64,000 bases of DNA from Bugula neritina (Eukaryota > Animalia > Bryozoa): the NCBI GenBank assembly GCA_964035545.1, contig OZ037772.1, positions 7,362,889 to 7,426,888 of the forward strand, written 5' to 3'. How positions within the stretch are numbered: the first letter of the stretch is position 1; every line of letters starts with the position of its first letter. Positions 1-13,600 of the stretch are shown here, in pieces. The notes beneath the pieces were generated by a model. It was not told the origin of the DNA and did not search any database. It worked only from the letters and a program-made list of their open reading frames with translations. The translations under genes and the position numbers were made by a program.

Positions 1-222
1 GCAACTTTAGGACACACCTCTACTGCAGAATACCCTCTTTTATTGTTTAGTTTCATATCAATAAAGTTGCAGCGTATACAACGACATTTACCAGACTCTT
101 CTACCAAGAGCGTAAAAGTAGATGCGATCAGAGTTTAATAACAAAGTTGTTGCATAAACCAAGAAGCACAACAACTAAATACGATTATTAGTTTTGGCAG
201 AGAGACATTTTCATATTTTCAG

Positions 223-406
223 CCAACAGACGAAATAGCCTTGACACTGATCTCAACTTTGTGACCAATACTTGCCTGTTAGTGTAGATAGTGACAAATT
301 AAACTCTTCTTTCTTCTGTCTCTTCTGCTTCAGTGTTCTGGTTTATATATTAACACTTCAACTTATCACCACAGCTTACCTGGTATATGTGCCGGTCAGT
401 ATTTAA
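223..406 (+). CDS. Possible last coding exons of an upstream plus-strand gene with a hydrophobic C-terminus
   Basis: Candidate exons 223-277 and 334-413 join in phase to give NRRNSLDTDLNFVTNTCLVLVYILTLQLITTAYLVYVPVSI*. Strong polypyrimidine acceptor at 305-333, GTAAGT donor at 414, acceptor at 568. No family recognised. Confidence 0.3.
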
Positions 407-1288
407 TCTTGAGGTAAGTGAAGTAATAAGATAATTGAAATTGCATGGCATCAAGATAACTAGAGTAAATAGTTTTATCACTTCTATAAAACTATCTCAT
501 GATCACTAAGCTACAGTTGACTAGTGTAGCCTCATATAAATGACTTTAATCTATTCCTTCTCTTGCAGGCATCAGATTTACATGCATGACTATACTAGAT
601 GTTAGAAAACAAGCTATGCATTAGTACATACTGCACTCCATCATCACCATAATCTAACATGTACAATATTTCAATGTACTGCAGTGAAGATTGAGAGATC
701 CGTATATACAGTTGTAACATATTATTATGTTAAGTTGAATTGGACCTATTGTAGGATATTAATAGACTTCTAGTCTTGAAATGATTTGTTTTTTTAAAAG
801 ACTGCTAAAAATATACAATTTATAACAACAGGCAGGCGTGTTATAACAGCTCTATTTCACCTAAAAACTGGAAATTTTAACTTACATGTAAGTAATGAAA
901 TTTTGTCATCAAACTGCTGATCAATTTACTATGCGTGTGATGTTGAGTGTGCAATTGTAGACATTTCGTTTAATGTTAAATAAAACTAATTAAACAGAGT
1001 ATATTAAATTATATAATAATTATTAAAATATGAGTCATGTAAACATAAACATAATACTAATTAGTATAACCTACAAGTATGATTATCCCCACCTGCAGAG
1101 ACATGATGTATATTACCAGGGGAAACATATAATAGTCAAATACTGTGTGATCTGATTGTAAATATTAACTGAATATAAACTTCTTTAAGTGCATGTAGAG
1201 GTTGAAATGGATACATTGCTATATGCAAAAATAACATTGTTTACTAAATGATGTAGCATCATATATATAGCATTGTATGTTTTATGAA

Positions 1289-1494
<206 letters not shown>

Positions 1495-2404
1495 CTCGGT
1501 TGTACAGACATATAAACAGAATGCTATTTAGTGTAACCTGTGATTATCCCTACCTGTGGATACATGGCTTATGTTACCATAAAATAAATGGATAGTTAAG
1601 AGGGGCTTAAAATTAGCCAATAACCATGTTATCAAAATGTAATTAGGTAAGCTTCTTGAAGTGTAGAGGTTGAAGTTGATAAAAATTGCTAGGCGAAGAT
1701 AGCATTGTATACTGGGTGACTCAGCATAGCATTGTATATAGTTTACAAAGTGGCTTATAGCAGACTAATTTCATGAATATCCTAACACTCTGTTAACCCT
1801 GACTCTACTATTTTCCAATTGAAGCTGTGCCTGAGTATAAATTCCAGCATAAAGATTTAACTGCCTGATTCCATGTTATATCAGTGTTTACTATTAAAAT
1901 ATAATTAAATAAACATTGAATTGCATGCCATACCTAGGCAAATTCAAACTACTACCTTGCTTGTCAAAAGTATGATTTCAAAACTGGTATCATTTTGAAT
2001 ATACCCTTACATTAATTTTTAAAAACATAATCTTCTTTTAAGATTTGTTTATGTTTCGCCCTAGTTATAATATTTGGAAAGGAAAACATATATAGCTCTC
2101 TCCACTTATCATTAATATTATTATTATATGTATACTAATACTGCCTTTTTAGCAGATTGTATAACATGGTGATAATTTGTTGCACACATAGGCTGCTTTG
2201 CCTATAGTTTGGTTGTTTCTTCTACTTTTAAATCATGAGAAAAAATAGCATTATAAAAAGTTACAACACAGTGTATATCACGTATGTACATACTATCAGA
2301 AAGAAGTTAGATGAGTGATTTCTATAGGCAACACCTTTATAATGTGCTACTACTTTGTAGCTGAGAGAATAAAGTCATACATGTCGGTAGTTTATAAGAT
2401 TGAT

Positions 2405-2615
2405 GAGAACAGCCGTGGTATAGGGGTTAGAGTGTTTGCTTTGCGAACACGAAGTAATGGGTTTGAACCCCGATAAAGACCTTTGGTGATGTTAGGAAGA
2501 GCATCCAGTCATAATTTCTCCTGTTCCTCATCTGAACAAGTCCTTAGGCCGTTCTAACAAAAAACTTTTCCATCAGAGGTCTCTCACAGGGATAGCGACT
2601 ATAATCTTCTGTGAG
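2405..2615 (+). mobile_element. tRNA-derived SINE copy
   Basis: A-box-like GTGGTATAGGGG, B-box-like GGGTTTGAACCC, shared body TTGGTGATGTTAGGAAGAGCATCCAGTCATAATT and shared 3' TCTCACAGGGATAGCGACTATAA. Confidence 0.8.
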
Positions 2616-2899
2616 GTTATTTTGTTTTATGAAATTGATGATGTCATTAGAAAGTTTGTTGGTTATGTATTTTCGCAATGTCCACATTCTGATGCTCAAC
2701 TTTCACAACTAAATATGTAATTATATTCTACAAAAACCAATAGTTATATTTGATCAATATTCTTCTGCAGCGCTAATAAATTTCAAAGGAAACAGCATGC
2801 ACATCTACAGCATATACAATACTATAAATTGTTTATTTCTGTAGAACTAACATTTAAGAAGTTCTACCAGGAGTATAATACCTTCACACAAATACAAAC

Positions 2900-3056
2900 C
2901 CCACACCCCCCCCCCCCCCCTGCACATACACGCACCCCCGACACACACACCCCCTACACACACCCCCGACACACACACCCCCTACGCACCCACACGCACA
3001 CCCCCACGCGCACCCCACACGTACGCACATATGCACGCACGCAGGCACACACACAT
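2900..3056. repeat. C/CA-rich low-complexity microsatellite
   Basis: Poly-C and degenerate (CA)n/(CACG)n tracts. Confidence 0.8.
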
Positions 3057-3433
3057 GAATAAATGCACTACTTGCAAAGCAAACTTTACAGATCAAGTTG
3101 AAATGAGGCACATGCATGGCTTCTGCCACACTCCTATTGGCTTCCATAGTCATGTGAAAAGATTCGAAAATTCAACATGGCTTCTCCTGGTGCAGCCATC
3201 AGAATGTGGCAGTTCATGACAACTTTATGAAACTTGTTTTGCCAACTTTTATTGCTTGGCAGTCACGATTCTTTTATTTAAAAAAGTTTTCTCTCACTGT
3301 CAAATATTTAGAGCCACAAGATTCATGTGCCTCTTATAACGAAATTATCTAAAATCATTGAATCAACAACTCATATAGTTGAAGAGTTTTAATAGCCTTC
3401 ATTTTGGAACCACAATACAAGTGAATCAATCAA

Positions 3434-6400
3434 TCAATTTGACCAGAGAGAAGTTTCTGGAAGCTTGACTTTCATAGAAGCAGATTTTAGACTGGTCTTC
3501 CTCAAAGTGTAGGGATAGTAGATCATGGCAGCACCCGTCCCACCTTTTGCTCTGTCGTAGTATGGACCACAGGTTAAACAGACAGTATAGCAGTGACTAA
3601 ACCACCAGCCTCCATTGTACGCCTCTACATACATCAAATGATATAAAGGATATTAACAGAAAAGAACAACTGGATTTTAATGAAAAGATACTGTACTCTG
3701 ATTTGACACAATATGTCAGGTTGAGGGATAAATGCCATAGATGGGAGTTTAAGTTAACCTTGTGCATCATGTCACCATGTGATTAGCGGAGGCTCGGACC
3801 AGTACTGTAGGTGAGGTTTGTTAGAATATATAGTGTCCTGCATGTAAACTAGGTTGATGGAAACTAGGGAGTAAAGAGTAAAGAGTGAAAAGAGACCCTA
3901 AACTGCTTTAGCAGAGATTGCAGCTAAAGTCAAAAGACAACAAATTCAACGGATGAAAATGTAAACAATAAAAATAAAAAAACGTTGCTTGAAAATGAAT
4001 AATACACTATAGAGTAAATCTTAATTTGCAATAACTAAGAAAAGACTATATACTTAAAATAATCCAACATCAAGTCAATTTATCTCATAATATTTTACCT
4101 GCGCATAGGCTAGTCGTATAGAAATATTTTACCTGCACAGCTGAGCAGTTCCTCATCTTCATCTTTGTCCTTAGCACTAAACATTTTCCCCTTGTGAGGT
4201 CCTCCCAGGTTGGCTACAATATCTGTAGTCTCCATGTCACCAGCAGTCCCTGTAACAGTGTGACTGTATACCTATATCTTCTCTACAGTTTACTTATATA
4301 ATCTCTTACGATGAATTCCGCTGGAAAAATATAGCTTACAGATAATATACTGAAATGTGAGTATAACAGCCACATAAGCGGACACAAAATTTCAATTTCA
4401 TTTATGTTGCATTTTTAAGAACAGATGTGATGAGAAAATGTTTGCTGAACTGATGTGAAATTATGACCCGGGAGTCAAATAAGATATATACCCTCAATTA
4501 TTGATGCAACTTCTAATCTTTTCAGCAACCTTTAATCACTAAATATTAAATAAATTAGATGCTTTTTAATTTTTTACCCCTAACGAGAAATTTCTATTGA
4601 GAACAAAAAATTAAGAAATAGAATAAGAAATATTTGTAATTGCTAAAAATTGTAAAAGTTGAGACTCACCAGAATAGCCTGAGATCTCTTTTAACTCGTA
4701 GCCCGTCTTAAAGTCTCCTACCATAAACCTCTCATACTCGGCATATGCATTCAGAGGTGAATTCCTAGGAACTCTGCCAGGAAATCCTTCAATGTCTATT
4801 CTCAACTTGGCGTCTCCCTTTTTGGTAAGTTGGTGCATGTACTCCAAACCTACGAGAAATTGCGGAATCGTGTATCGTGTGTCAACTAAATATTATTAGT
4901 TACCAAAATAACTTTCCAGTATGTATTATTACATAAAAAGTCAAAAGGTTTGTCATTTACAAAGGACCATATTATTTTGAGCGGGTGGTTTCAAAAAGCT
5001 TGTGTTTTTTCAAATTTAACGTAAACTAAAAATCAATAAGAATGAAACAGGAAATCCGTAAAGAAACAATTGAATTGATTTGCTGTGCAGTATTTCTCAA
5101 AGACTAACCTAACCAGTGCTCTCCTGACAGATCTCCAAACCCATCTGTATAACTCTGGTAAGTTCTGTTGAAGTCTACACTTCCATCATATCTGTTGAGG
5201 AGAGTGATCCATGGTCCCTCAGGCGTGTCCAGATCACACCAAACCTGTAGTATACAGTTTAGTTGCTATTTCATCAGCTGTTGCAACATGAGAAATAAAT
5301 GTATTAGTTGGAAAAGAATGGAATCCAATTTGTTAGTAGTTAGTAAACTATAGAATCTAAAAGACGGGTAGACAACTGGGGCCCCCAAGGGCTACCTGTA
5401 GCTATTTGCCCACTTTTGGTGATCCTTTTAATGCTTAAGATAAGTAAAATATTTCTAATTAGCACACTACATAAGTTTGGTGACAAATTACTTTAAATTA
5501 TAATAAAGATTATTATGCATAAAATCACGTGACTCTTCGTTTTGGCTGACTTCTAAGCTTGGCCCCAGAGCAAAAGAAGTTTTTCACTCCTGGGATTAAC
5601 TATGTGTTTTCAATTTATAACAACACCAAAAATAGATGTGTCAACACATAACTATGTCAAAATATAACTATGTCACCAGATTTCGATACACGCGCTAACA
5701 CCTAGCTATATGTCAATATGTAACTTTGTCAACAGGTAGCTGCATCAATAGGTATTGATATTTGGTGATTATTAAATGAGAGTCAGCGCTTGAAATTCAA
5801 AAATTTCATCACGTATTTAGAGTGAAAACTCCTACAAGTCCTACTACTACTACTAGAGCTATGTATACAATGTATATTGTTGCAGACGGTAGCATATAGA
5901 AGTATGTGGACATCACTTACCTTCATAGACACTCCATCCACTGTGATGACAGTCTCTGCACTGTTATAGACTCCATAACACAGGTTCACTGGGGACCAGC
6001 TGAGATCTGGGAGATGAAAGAACAGGCAGCATGTTATTTACAAAAAATACGCCAGGTTGATATAAAGGATAAATAGCATTGTGCTGCCTCCATATCTCAC
6101 CAGGCTACAGGTCCTAAAACCTCAATTCATGCCATAATAGAATATCAGATTTACCGCTAAATTTGACTTGTGCACACATAATGAGGTTCAAGCCCATCTG
6201 TTGAAAACTGGATAAATATGATCTGGGGAGAATACTGCATTTACTATACTGATTATGTTTTTTTATTTTGTTAAGAATAACAGAAACGCAAGTTCTTTCT
6301 GGTATGACGGGTCATTATAAGTTCTAATGAAAAAATCCCAAACTAAATAAAAATTATTCAAAGCACTATAATGTATTTCAAAAACAAGACTTTGTTTGGC

Positions 6401-9400
6401 AATAGCATGTAAGCTTGATTATTCAACATTGATTCTTTACAAGCTCTAAAATAAAAAACTAAGCTAGAATAATGCTAAGCTAGCTTTAAGCTAATTATTT
6501 TCCATATATGACAAACTCCATTATAAAATTACAGAATGCAATCTATAACACCATTATAATATAGATTCCATAGCATGCAATATGTTATATAGTCTACTTT
6601 AGAGCTCTTCTATCTAGACTCACCAATGCTGGAAAGTCCGGTATGAGTGCCAACCAGGAGGGTCTTGTTACCAACCAGAGTGACGGAGATGGGCTGCTTC
6701 ACAGTACAGGAAGTGTTGACACAGAGTGTACTGACCGTCTCTCCCAGAACATCCACCAGTCTGACTCGGTTGTTGGTATAGTCAACGACAGCGAGTATGC
6801 CCGGTTGGAGAAGTGCCAGGTTGATCAGGTGACCAAATCTACAAGAAGTTCAGCTGATTTCAGGCATTTTGGTAATTCACTGCATTTTCATGGCTTTGAG
6901 TTATGCGAATAGACGCTTGTATGAATAAATTTGTGGTTGTGGTTCGCATGGTTTCATTTGGTGCAGATATTTCAAATAAAAAAAATTTATTGCATAATAC
7001 GAAGCAATACACATAGCATTAAAAAAGATTAGATGGCAAATTGAATTTATGCTAAAAAAATATTTATTATAGATAACTGATTAAAACTTTTTGAGCTATT
7101 TTTAGCACACTACTGGCTATTATAGAACTGCGCCTTCATTGCTCCGAATTTAAGACTGATATTAATAAAAAATGTCTTTAGTATTACATATCTTATATCT
7201 AAATTAAATTTTAAAACTATTCTACCTATGAATTTCAAACAGAGAACCATTAACATATTAAAAGCAAAATAACTGTGTTACTGAAAATAAGGTAAGCGCA
7301 CTTAGTACCTTGCCTCCTTGAAGCTGCCATCATTAAAGTCATAGGCATTGACATCTGGTACTCCTGTGATGACCTTCTTATCCTTAGTGGAGTAGATACC
7401 ATTGCTTATGGCGACGTAGTATGAGTCTAGGCTGCCTGCAATGGTTGAGCATTGGCTTATAGACCTTCAATTAGTAAACATATAAACCTTTGTTCCCAAA
7501 AAGTAAATGTCTGCAAGCAGAGATAGTCGTGCACTGGATGACCCCATTTATGGCAATGTGCCAAAAAAACAATATTCTTTAAACTTTCTTTTGTGCACTC
7601 AAGTTTGTGTACCTATGGTATTTAAAATTTAGAATCCTTTCACCAAATGCCGAATGAAACACAAAGACGGACCTTGTTATTCGTTCACTGTTAAACAAGT
7701 TGACATAATTTCTCTGCAATATTTCAACTTACTGTCATAGACAATTCCTTTGGGTCGGTTTAGTTTGTCTTCACTAGATATCGTTGTTGTCTCCCCTGTG
7801 AAAACATTCCACTGCTTTATGGCGTTGTTGAATTCATCGGTGAAGACAACCTACAAAAAGAAATGTCTATGCACCTAACATGTAAATATATTTAACCACT
7901 GATACGAATGAGAAGTGGTGCTGAAAGTGAATCTACAGGTACTGAAGCATTAGAAACCTGAAAATCACAAAACGTTTTTGACTCTTAGTAGAAAGCCCTA
8001 CAAAACCTACTGGAAAGCTCAGTATAACTAGATTCCCACTGCAAAAAGTCTTCAGTCTGTACTTAAAATATTACAGTCATATGTCTATACTATAGTAATA
8101 TATTACAGTCATATGTCTATATTATAGTAATATATTACAGTCATATGTCTATATTATAGTAATATATTACAGTCATATGTCTATATTATAGTAATATATT
8201 ACAGTCATATGTCTATATTATAGTAATATATTACAGTCATATGTCTATATTATAGTAATATATTACAGCTATATGTATGCCATATTACAGTCATATGTCT
8301 ATATTTAGTGATATATTACTATTCTACAATGCTATGTGTTTTGGTTGTGTAAATGAGAGAAAGGCAAAGACAAAGCTTACCATACTGTTAGGTCCAATGG
8401 TGACAGCAAATGGATAAATGTCCATCTTTCGTACATGGCCGCTCTTTCCTGAAGTGAAACAATAGTGAATAGAGCAGAGAGGGATTACCAGAGAATTAAT
8501 GAAGCAAAGCTGAGTGAAATATGTGTTAGACAAGAGTTAAAGCTTATATGAAAGTGAATGAAATACTGGAAATGGGTGATAAGATAAAAACAGGGCCTGG
8601 TAAATCAACGTACACTCCATAATGACAGCTGGTGTGAACTTTGAACAGCAAGTATTTTTCAATGCCAATCTCTTAAACATTATTTATACAGCTACCAAAA
8701 AGATGTGGAAAAAGTCTATGAAACAGTAAAGATAAGCTTTGTGAAATCAGACCTTGACATGGTCCAATGCTAGACTGAGTTCCATTTGGCAAGGTGGCAG
8801 TGATACATCTACCAAAGTAGTCCACCGTCACTCTTCCTATTCTAGGATCCCTGGCTATGCTGTTGACAACTTCATCACTAGATTTATATATAATATAATT
8901 ATAGTGGCTGAATTAAGGTTAGCAAGGGCTCTAATGCTGTACTTCCTGTTTGATAAAAACGGCTTTCAAACAATTTGTGTTATTTTACCAAAGCACAACT
9001 TTAGATTTAATTCACTAAAATCTTTTGTCAATTGATACTATTGAAAGGCTTAAATAATAGAAGTACAATGTAAAGTGTTGGTTAAGATAATTGATAGAGC
9101 TAAACCATAATCAAAGCCAAACGAAACTATGAAACTTCAACTGGGAAATGTTTTACACAGACTTCAATAAGTAATAATTTGACTCACGAATCAGATGAAC
9201 TGGAGTTACCCGCTCCTCCAACTTGTGGTGCATACATCATTCTGCCCTTTGTAGTGTACAGCCACAGCTTGCCATCTGTTCCGGAATTTTCTATAGCAAG
9301 TACTGTCTCATTTGTAAGGATACTTCTTATGTTGTCTACAGTCACTCTGGTGTATGACTCAGCAGAGTGGTGAGTCACCAACACCAGAAAGAGTGCAAAA

Positions 9401-9669
9401 TAAGCAGACGTCTAGAAAAGTCACGTAAAATGGTAAAACATGTTCAGTAGCAAATTTTGTATTGACATTGTGTTAGCAAAATAGTTCTAAATGCACTTTT
9501 CACTACTTTCTATAAAATATAAGGAAGAAAAAACAAAAACACAACATTTTGCTCTATCCAGAGTAACTCAGTTGAAACTGCGCTTAGGCTTCAAAAATAT
9601 GGACAATAACTATAACTTTACAAACTAACTGACTAACTAAAAGGAGAGATAAAGTTACACACTCACCAT
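3434..9669 (-). CDS. Secreted NHL-repeat (beta-propeller) + fibrinogen C-terminal (FReD) domain protein, 12 exons, 529 aa
   Basis: Phase-consistent GT-AG exons: 9667-9669 (ATG only), 9188-9411, 8753-8877, 8381-8448, 7733-7850, 7309-7435, 6624-6838, 5921-6006, 5109-5244, 4670-4849, 4133-4249, 3434-3624 (sum 1590 nt). N-terminus MTSAYFALFLVLVTHHSAES is signal-peptide-like. NHL-like motifs: VFTDEFNNAIKQW, LNRPKGIVYD, DGSFKEARF, VVDYTNNRVRLVD..VSTL. FReD motifs: VWCDLDT..GPWITLLNRYDGSVDFNRTY..Y.DGFGDLSGEHWLGLE, YSGTAGD, FSAKDKD, GGWWF..C. Confidence 0.88.
8069..8320. repeat. 32-bp intronic minisatellite, about 7-8 copies
   Basis: Unit ATATTACAGTCATATGTCTATATTATAGTAAT (TATTACAG recurs at 8101, 8133, ...). 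Confidence 0.9.
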
Positions 9670-10500
9670 TTTGTTTTAAACTGCAGACTACTGTGTAAGA
9701 TGGAAGCATAGACAAATTAGGACAACCGGGAGAGGGTTGCTATGAAACTAGCCCAAAGTGCATATCAAACTTAAGCTAAGAATTCAGGTTAACACAGGGC
9801 GCGTTCACGGCGCGCTATCATAAGTTACTGTATAGTACCAAAATCATGCCCTGGCTTGGATATCGATTTCGTGAAAGATATCAACAAGCCGTAATATTCA
9901 CAGATGTGGAAGTTTTGCTGCTGAAAGTTGCTGCCATGAAAGATTTGTTCAAAATGTTGGGTTCAGTTGTAACTAACAAAAGACTGCCAACAATTTGCAC
10001 ATTTGAAATAAAAAAGAATATTACGGTACGAATGGTGAGAAACAACATATGTGATTGTAATCTATTGAATTGTATAACTTCTTGTGCAAGAGAAATTCAC
10101 AGTAGCTACAGTATATAAAATGATATATACTTAGTTGAAAATTAGCCTGTTTCAAAGCAGGTAACGCTTTGCAACTGTGACGACTTTGCAATAAGTCGCA
10201 TTGGCAATTTCAACAATTCTTTCCAGAAAACAAATGTTTGACAATATAGTGACAGTATATTTGATGTGTAAAAGGTTTATAAATTAAAGAAAACAGTTAA
10301 TAATCAGTTAATAATGGACGGAAAGTGATATAAAACCTGTTATAAATATGAAAAAGACGGAATCACTTGTATAAAAGTGTAAATGGATGGATTATGACAG
10401 ATAGATATCATGCACTGATAAATATAAATATATTTAAATAACAAATAATAGTCAGATCTCATGAATGATTATGTCTGTACGCATCAGTTGTTGTTTAAAG

Positions 10501-10540
10501 GTTGCTTAGCAACATGGTTGTTGAAAGGTTGCTTAGCAAC
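10501..10540. promoter_or_regulatory. Two tandem RFX X-box-like motifs (GTTGCTTAGCAAC)
   Basis: At 10501-10513 and 10528-10540, within a 27-bp duplication between the giant gene stop and the NHL-FReD start; motif match only. Confidence 0.35.
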
Positions 10541-10607
10541 ATGGTAGAGTATTATTTAGTTATTGGCTGAGATTTTTGTAACATAAAATGACTTATGAAA
10601 ATTATGT

Positions 10608-13600
10608 TTATTTGTTGCCTAGTGACTTCAGTTCTACTTTCTTTCTGCTAATCTCAGATTGTAGCGCCTTTGCTGATTGGCTCAAAGATTTCTTACTACT
10701 GACAACGGAATTGAGCAGCTCAGTGGGGGCCTCTGCCCCCTGAAGCTCCGTTTCTCTTTCTGCCACCTGAAATGATAAATGAAAAAGTATCAAATTTCAT
10801 GTTGAAAGAATGAATAAATTGAGTCATGAACCAAAAAAGTATTTATTTCTTTTATTGAAAATAATCCTACAAATTATATTCCAGACAATATTCTTAGAAA
10901 ATGAAAATTCTTTGCGTGAAAGTCTAATATAAAATGGCACATTTACAGATAATGCGAATCAGAGACGGGGAATCACAACTTAAAGTGAGACAAGCAGACA
11001 GACACAAAGACGGACAGTAAACTCACGTTTAGTATCTGAATGTTAATCTCGTCAAGTTTATCTTCAAGCTTTTGAATTTGCTGATTCAAAATGGCCGACT
11101 GTTTGAGTTGGACATCTATCTTGTTAGTTTGTAGTGCATCAGTGGCAGGCCTAAATACATATACACGGAATCTCATGCAAATAAACATATCAACATAAGA
11201 GTAGGTGAAAATGAGATCTTATATAGATATACACTACTGTGTCAAGGCTACCATTGTAAAAAACATGTATCTATAATAGCATACGTATTTAAGGAGCAGT
11301 CGTGGTCTAGGGGTTAATAAACAGGTCATGGGTTCAATACCAATAAAGGCCATTGATGATGTTACGATGGGCATTCAGTCATAATTGCTGAGTTGACAAT
11401 AGAAAACGAGTTTTCAATTTACATTAAAAATCCTTCATATCAAGAGTCCTCAAAAGCACGGCAACTATAACTATAAACCCACTTAAGTTGATAGCATGTA
11501 TTTAGACATTCTTATCAGTACAGTTATTTTTATATTTCAACTGCCGACATTGTTATCGAAAAGTCCCTGTTTTCGACACAATCATTATCTTATATAACAA
11601 TAATAATGTGAGAAAGATTACAGAAATAGTTTACCTGCTGCTTTCTCGGACTCTAGTCTCTTCAATAGGAGTTCCTTTCAGTTCGGATAGCCTCTGTTCC
11701 ACAATGTCTACTGAAGCCTTAGCTCCACCCTTCTGGTTGAGGAGTTGTCTCAGCCTGGCATTACTGGATACACTGTCGTATGCAGTCAGTCTAGACTCAA
11801 TATTCTAGAAAACAATAAAGGTAGTCAAAAACAACAGTACAATAAAAATGAGGTGCGTATGAAGAAGCCACAACACACGGCCTGAATAATCTACATGATA
11901 CACAGGCTAAGTGTGAATAAAAGATGAAAGAAACAAATTATTAGCTGAAATAAAATGATTAAACTAAAATTAATGTAATTTGACGAATGTGTAGAAGCTA
12001 TAGCAATAAAACTGTAGAGACATCTTCAACACTTCTGATATCAAGAAGTTTAACAGAAGTATTTCAGATAAATCAGGTTTGAATATCAGGTGACATAGAA
12101 ATATATTTTATTTTAACATACTACGTGGTACAATAGAAACAATCATGTTTTAGCCCAAGTTTCTGAAAGCTAAACAGCCTACCTTGCTGTCAAAATCAGC
12201 AGGGTGCCCGACTTTGAGAGAAATGAGTTCTCCAAGGATATCAGTCTTGTGTGCAGCAGACTGCGAGTGTTTGAAGGCCAACTCTAGAGATGACTTGTTA
12301 GTCAACCGACCAATCATAGTAGGAGCTGACGGCCTTGACCTTGAGAAGAACATGTCTTGGCAGACAACCTTCAAAGCCTGTAAGAGTGGGTTGTTTAATA
12401 AAAATGAGTCATGCTGGAAGACGTGGCATGACTCATTGCTTAATAAGAATGAGTAATTGAGCCACAGGTGGAATGAGTAATTCAACTACTGAACATTCAT
12501 TTAATAAAGAAAATATTTATTCAATCGCCAAAAACAGTTGGTTGAAGCTTTAGCAAAAAACATAACCATAAGAAATCTAAGTTAAAAAGACATTAACTTT
12601 CGAAACAAGGGACATTAAAACAATGACCCAAACAGCTTAGAGACCAAAGTTCTTTTAAAAACAGCAATGAGAGGTGTAAGACTACAGCCCACATTACCTT
12701 GTAGAAAAACCTAAGGAACATAGGCTGAGAGTCGTCTGCAAATTCCCCAGTAGAGATGTGACTCAAACAGTGTACCACGACCAGTATGAACTCTCCTATA
12801 CTCTCCAATCTCTCTTTACGTATGAACAGGATCTTCTTGGCTCTCTCGTAGAAGAAGGAACGTCTGCAAGTCAGAAGAAGTTGTAAGGTGAGTGATACGA
12901 GATGCTTTACAAAAACAATAGGTTTCTATATATAGCCAAGATGTAATCATAGACTTGAAAAAGATAAAATCAAAGAAAACTATTGATAAAGTGAACATCA
13001 AAAACTGACCTAAGCCTTTCTGTCAATTTGGTGATTAACTTACAGTTTAATTTCTTATATATATTGACAGACTGCGTGTAAATATTAGTTCCCACATTTA
13101 CCTATTAGTAATGTTGAGAAAGCAGAGATAACAACAAAAAATGAAAGAAAACGCAACAGTTATACAGGAACCACAAATTTCGTATTGAAAAACTTCAACA
13201 AGTTCACAAATATACAACGATTGAAGGTAAGTTAGGCTTAGGTGAATAGGAAGCTCAATCGACCAATCACCTGTAGGCATTCATCTCATAGTTGTTAGCA
13301 GGCAGACTAGAGGCCAAAAGGATGGAAACCTGAGGAGCTCCGATCAGCTCTTCCATCAACTTAGAGACGAACACGCCGAATCGGTAGATGACAAACTGGG
13401 AGGCGGAGATATCCCTGATGTCTACGGGAACCAGTTCTCCGTCACACTTCCACTGAGCGTCCTTGACATCCAAGTAAGGCACCGAGTAATCTCCTCCTGA
13501 TAAACACAAGAGATCAATGCAATGATTTGTACGCATGGTACAGGAAATAGTTGAACACAGGAAATGGTAACTCACCCAACACGTATTTAGAGCTGAGGCC

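Noticed and set aside
2829-3153. His/Thr/Pro-rich and Cys/Val/Gly-rich ORFs
   Set aside because: Arise from the C/CA low-complexity tract.
6643-6912. Plus-strand ORFs overlapping minus-strand exons (also 12184, 13686, 15703 and others)
   Set aside because: Antisense shadows of real exons, with no splice-consistent model or recognisable motif.
7674-7688. Possible microexon in the NHL-FReD gene
   Set aside because: It would introduce TAA in frame and needs an intron of about 44 nt; the flanking exons already join in phase.
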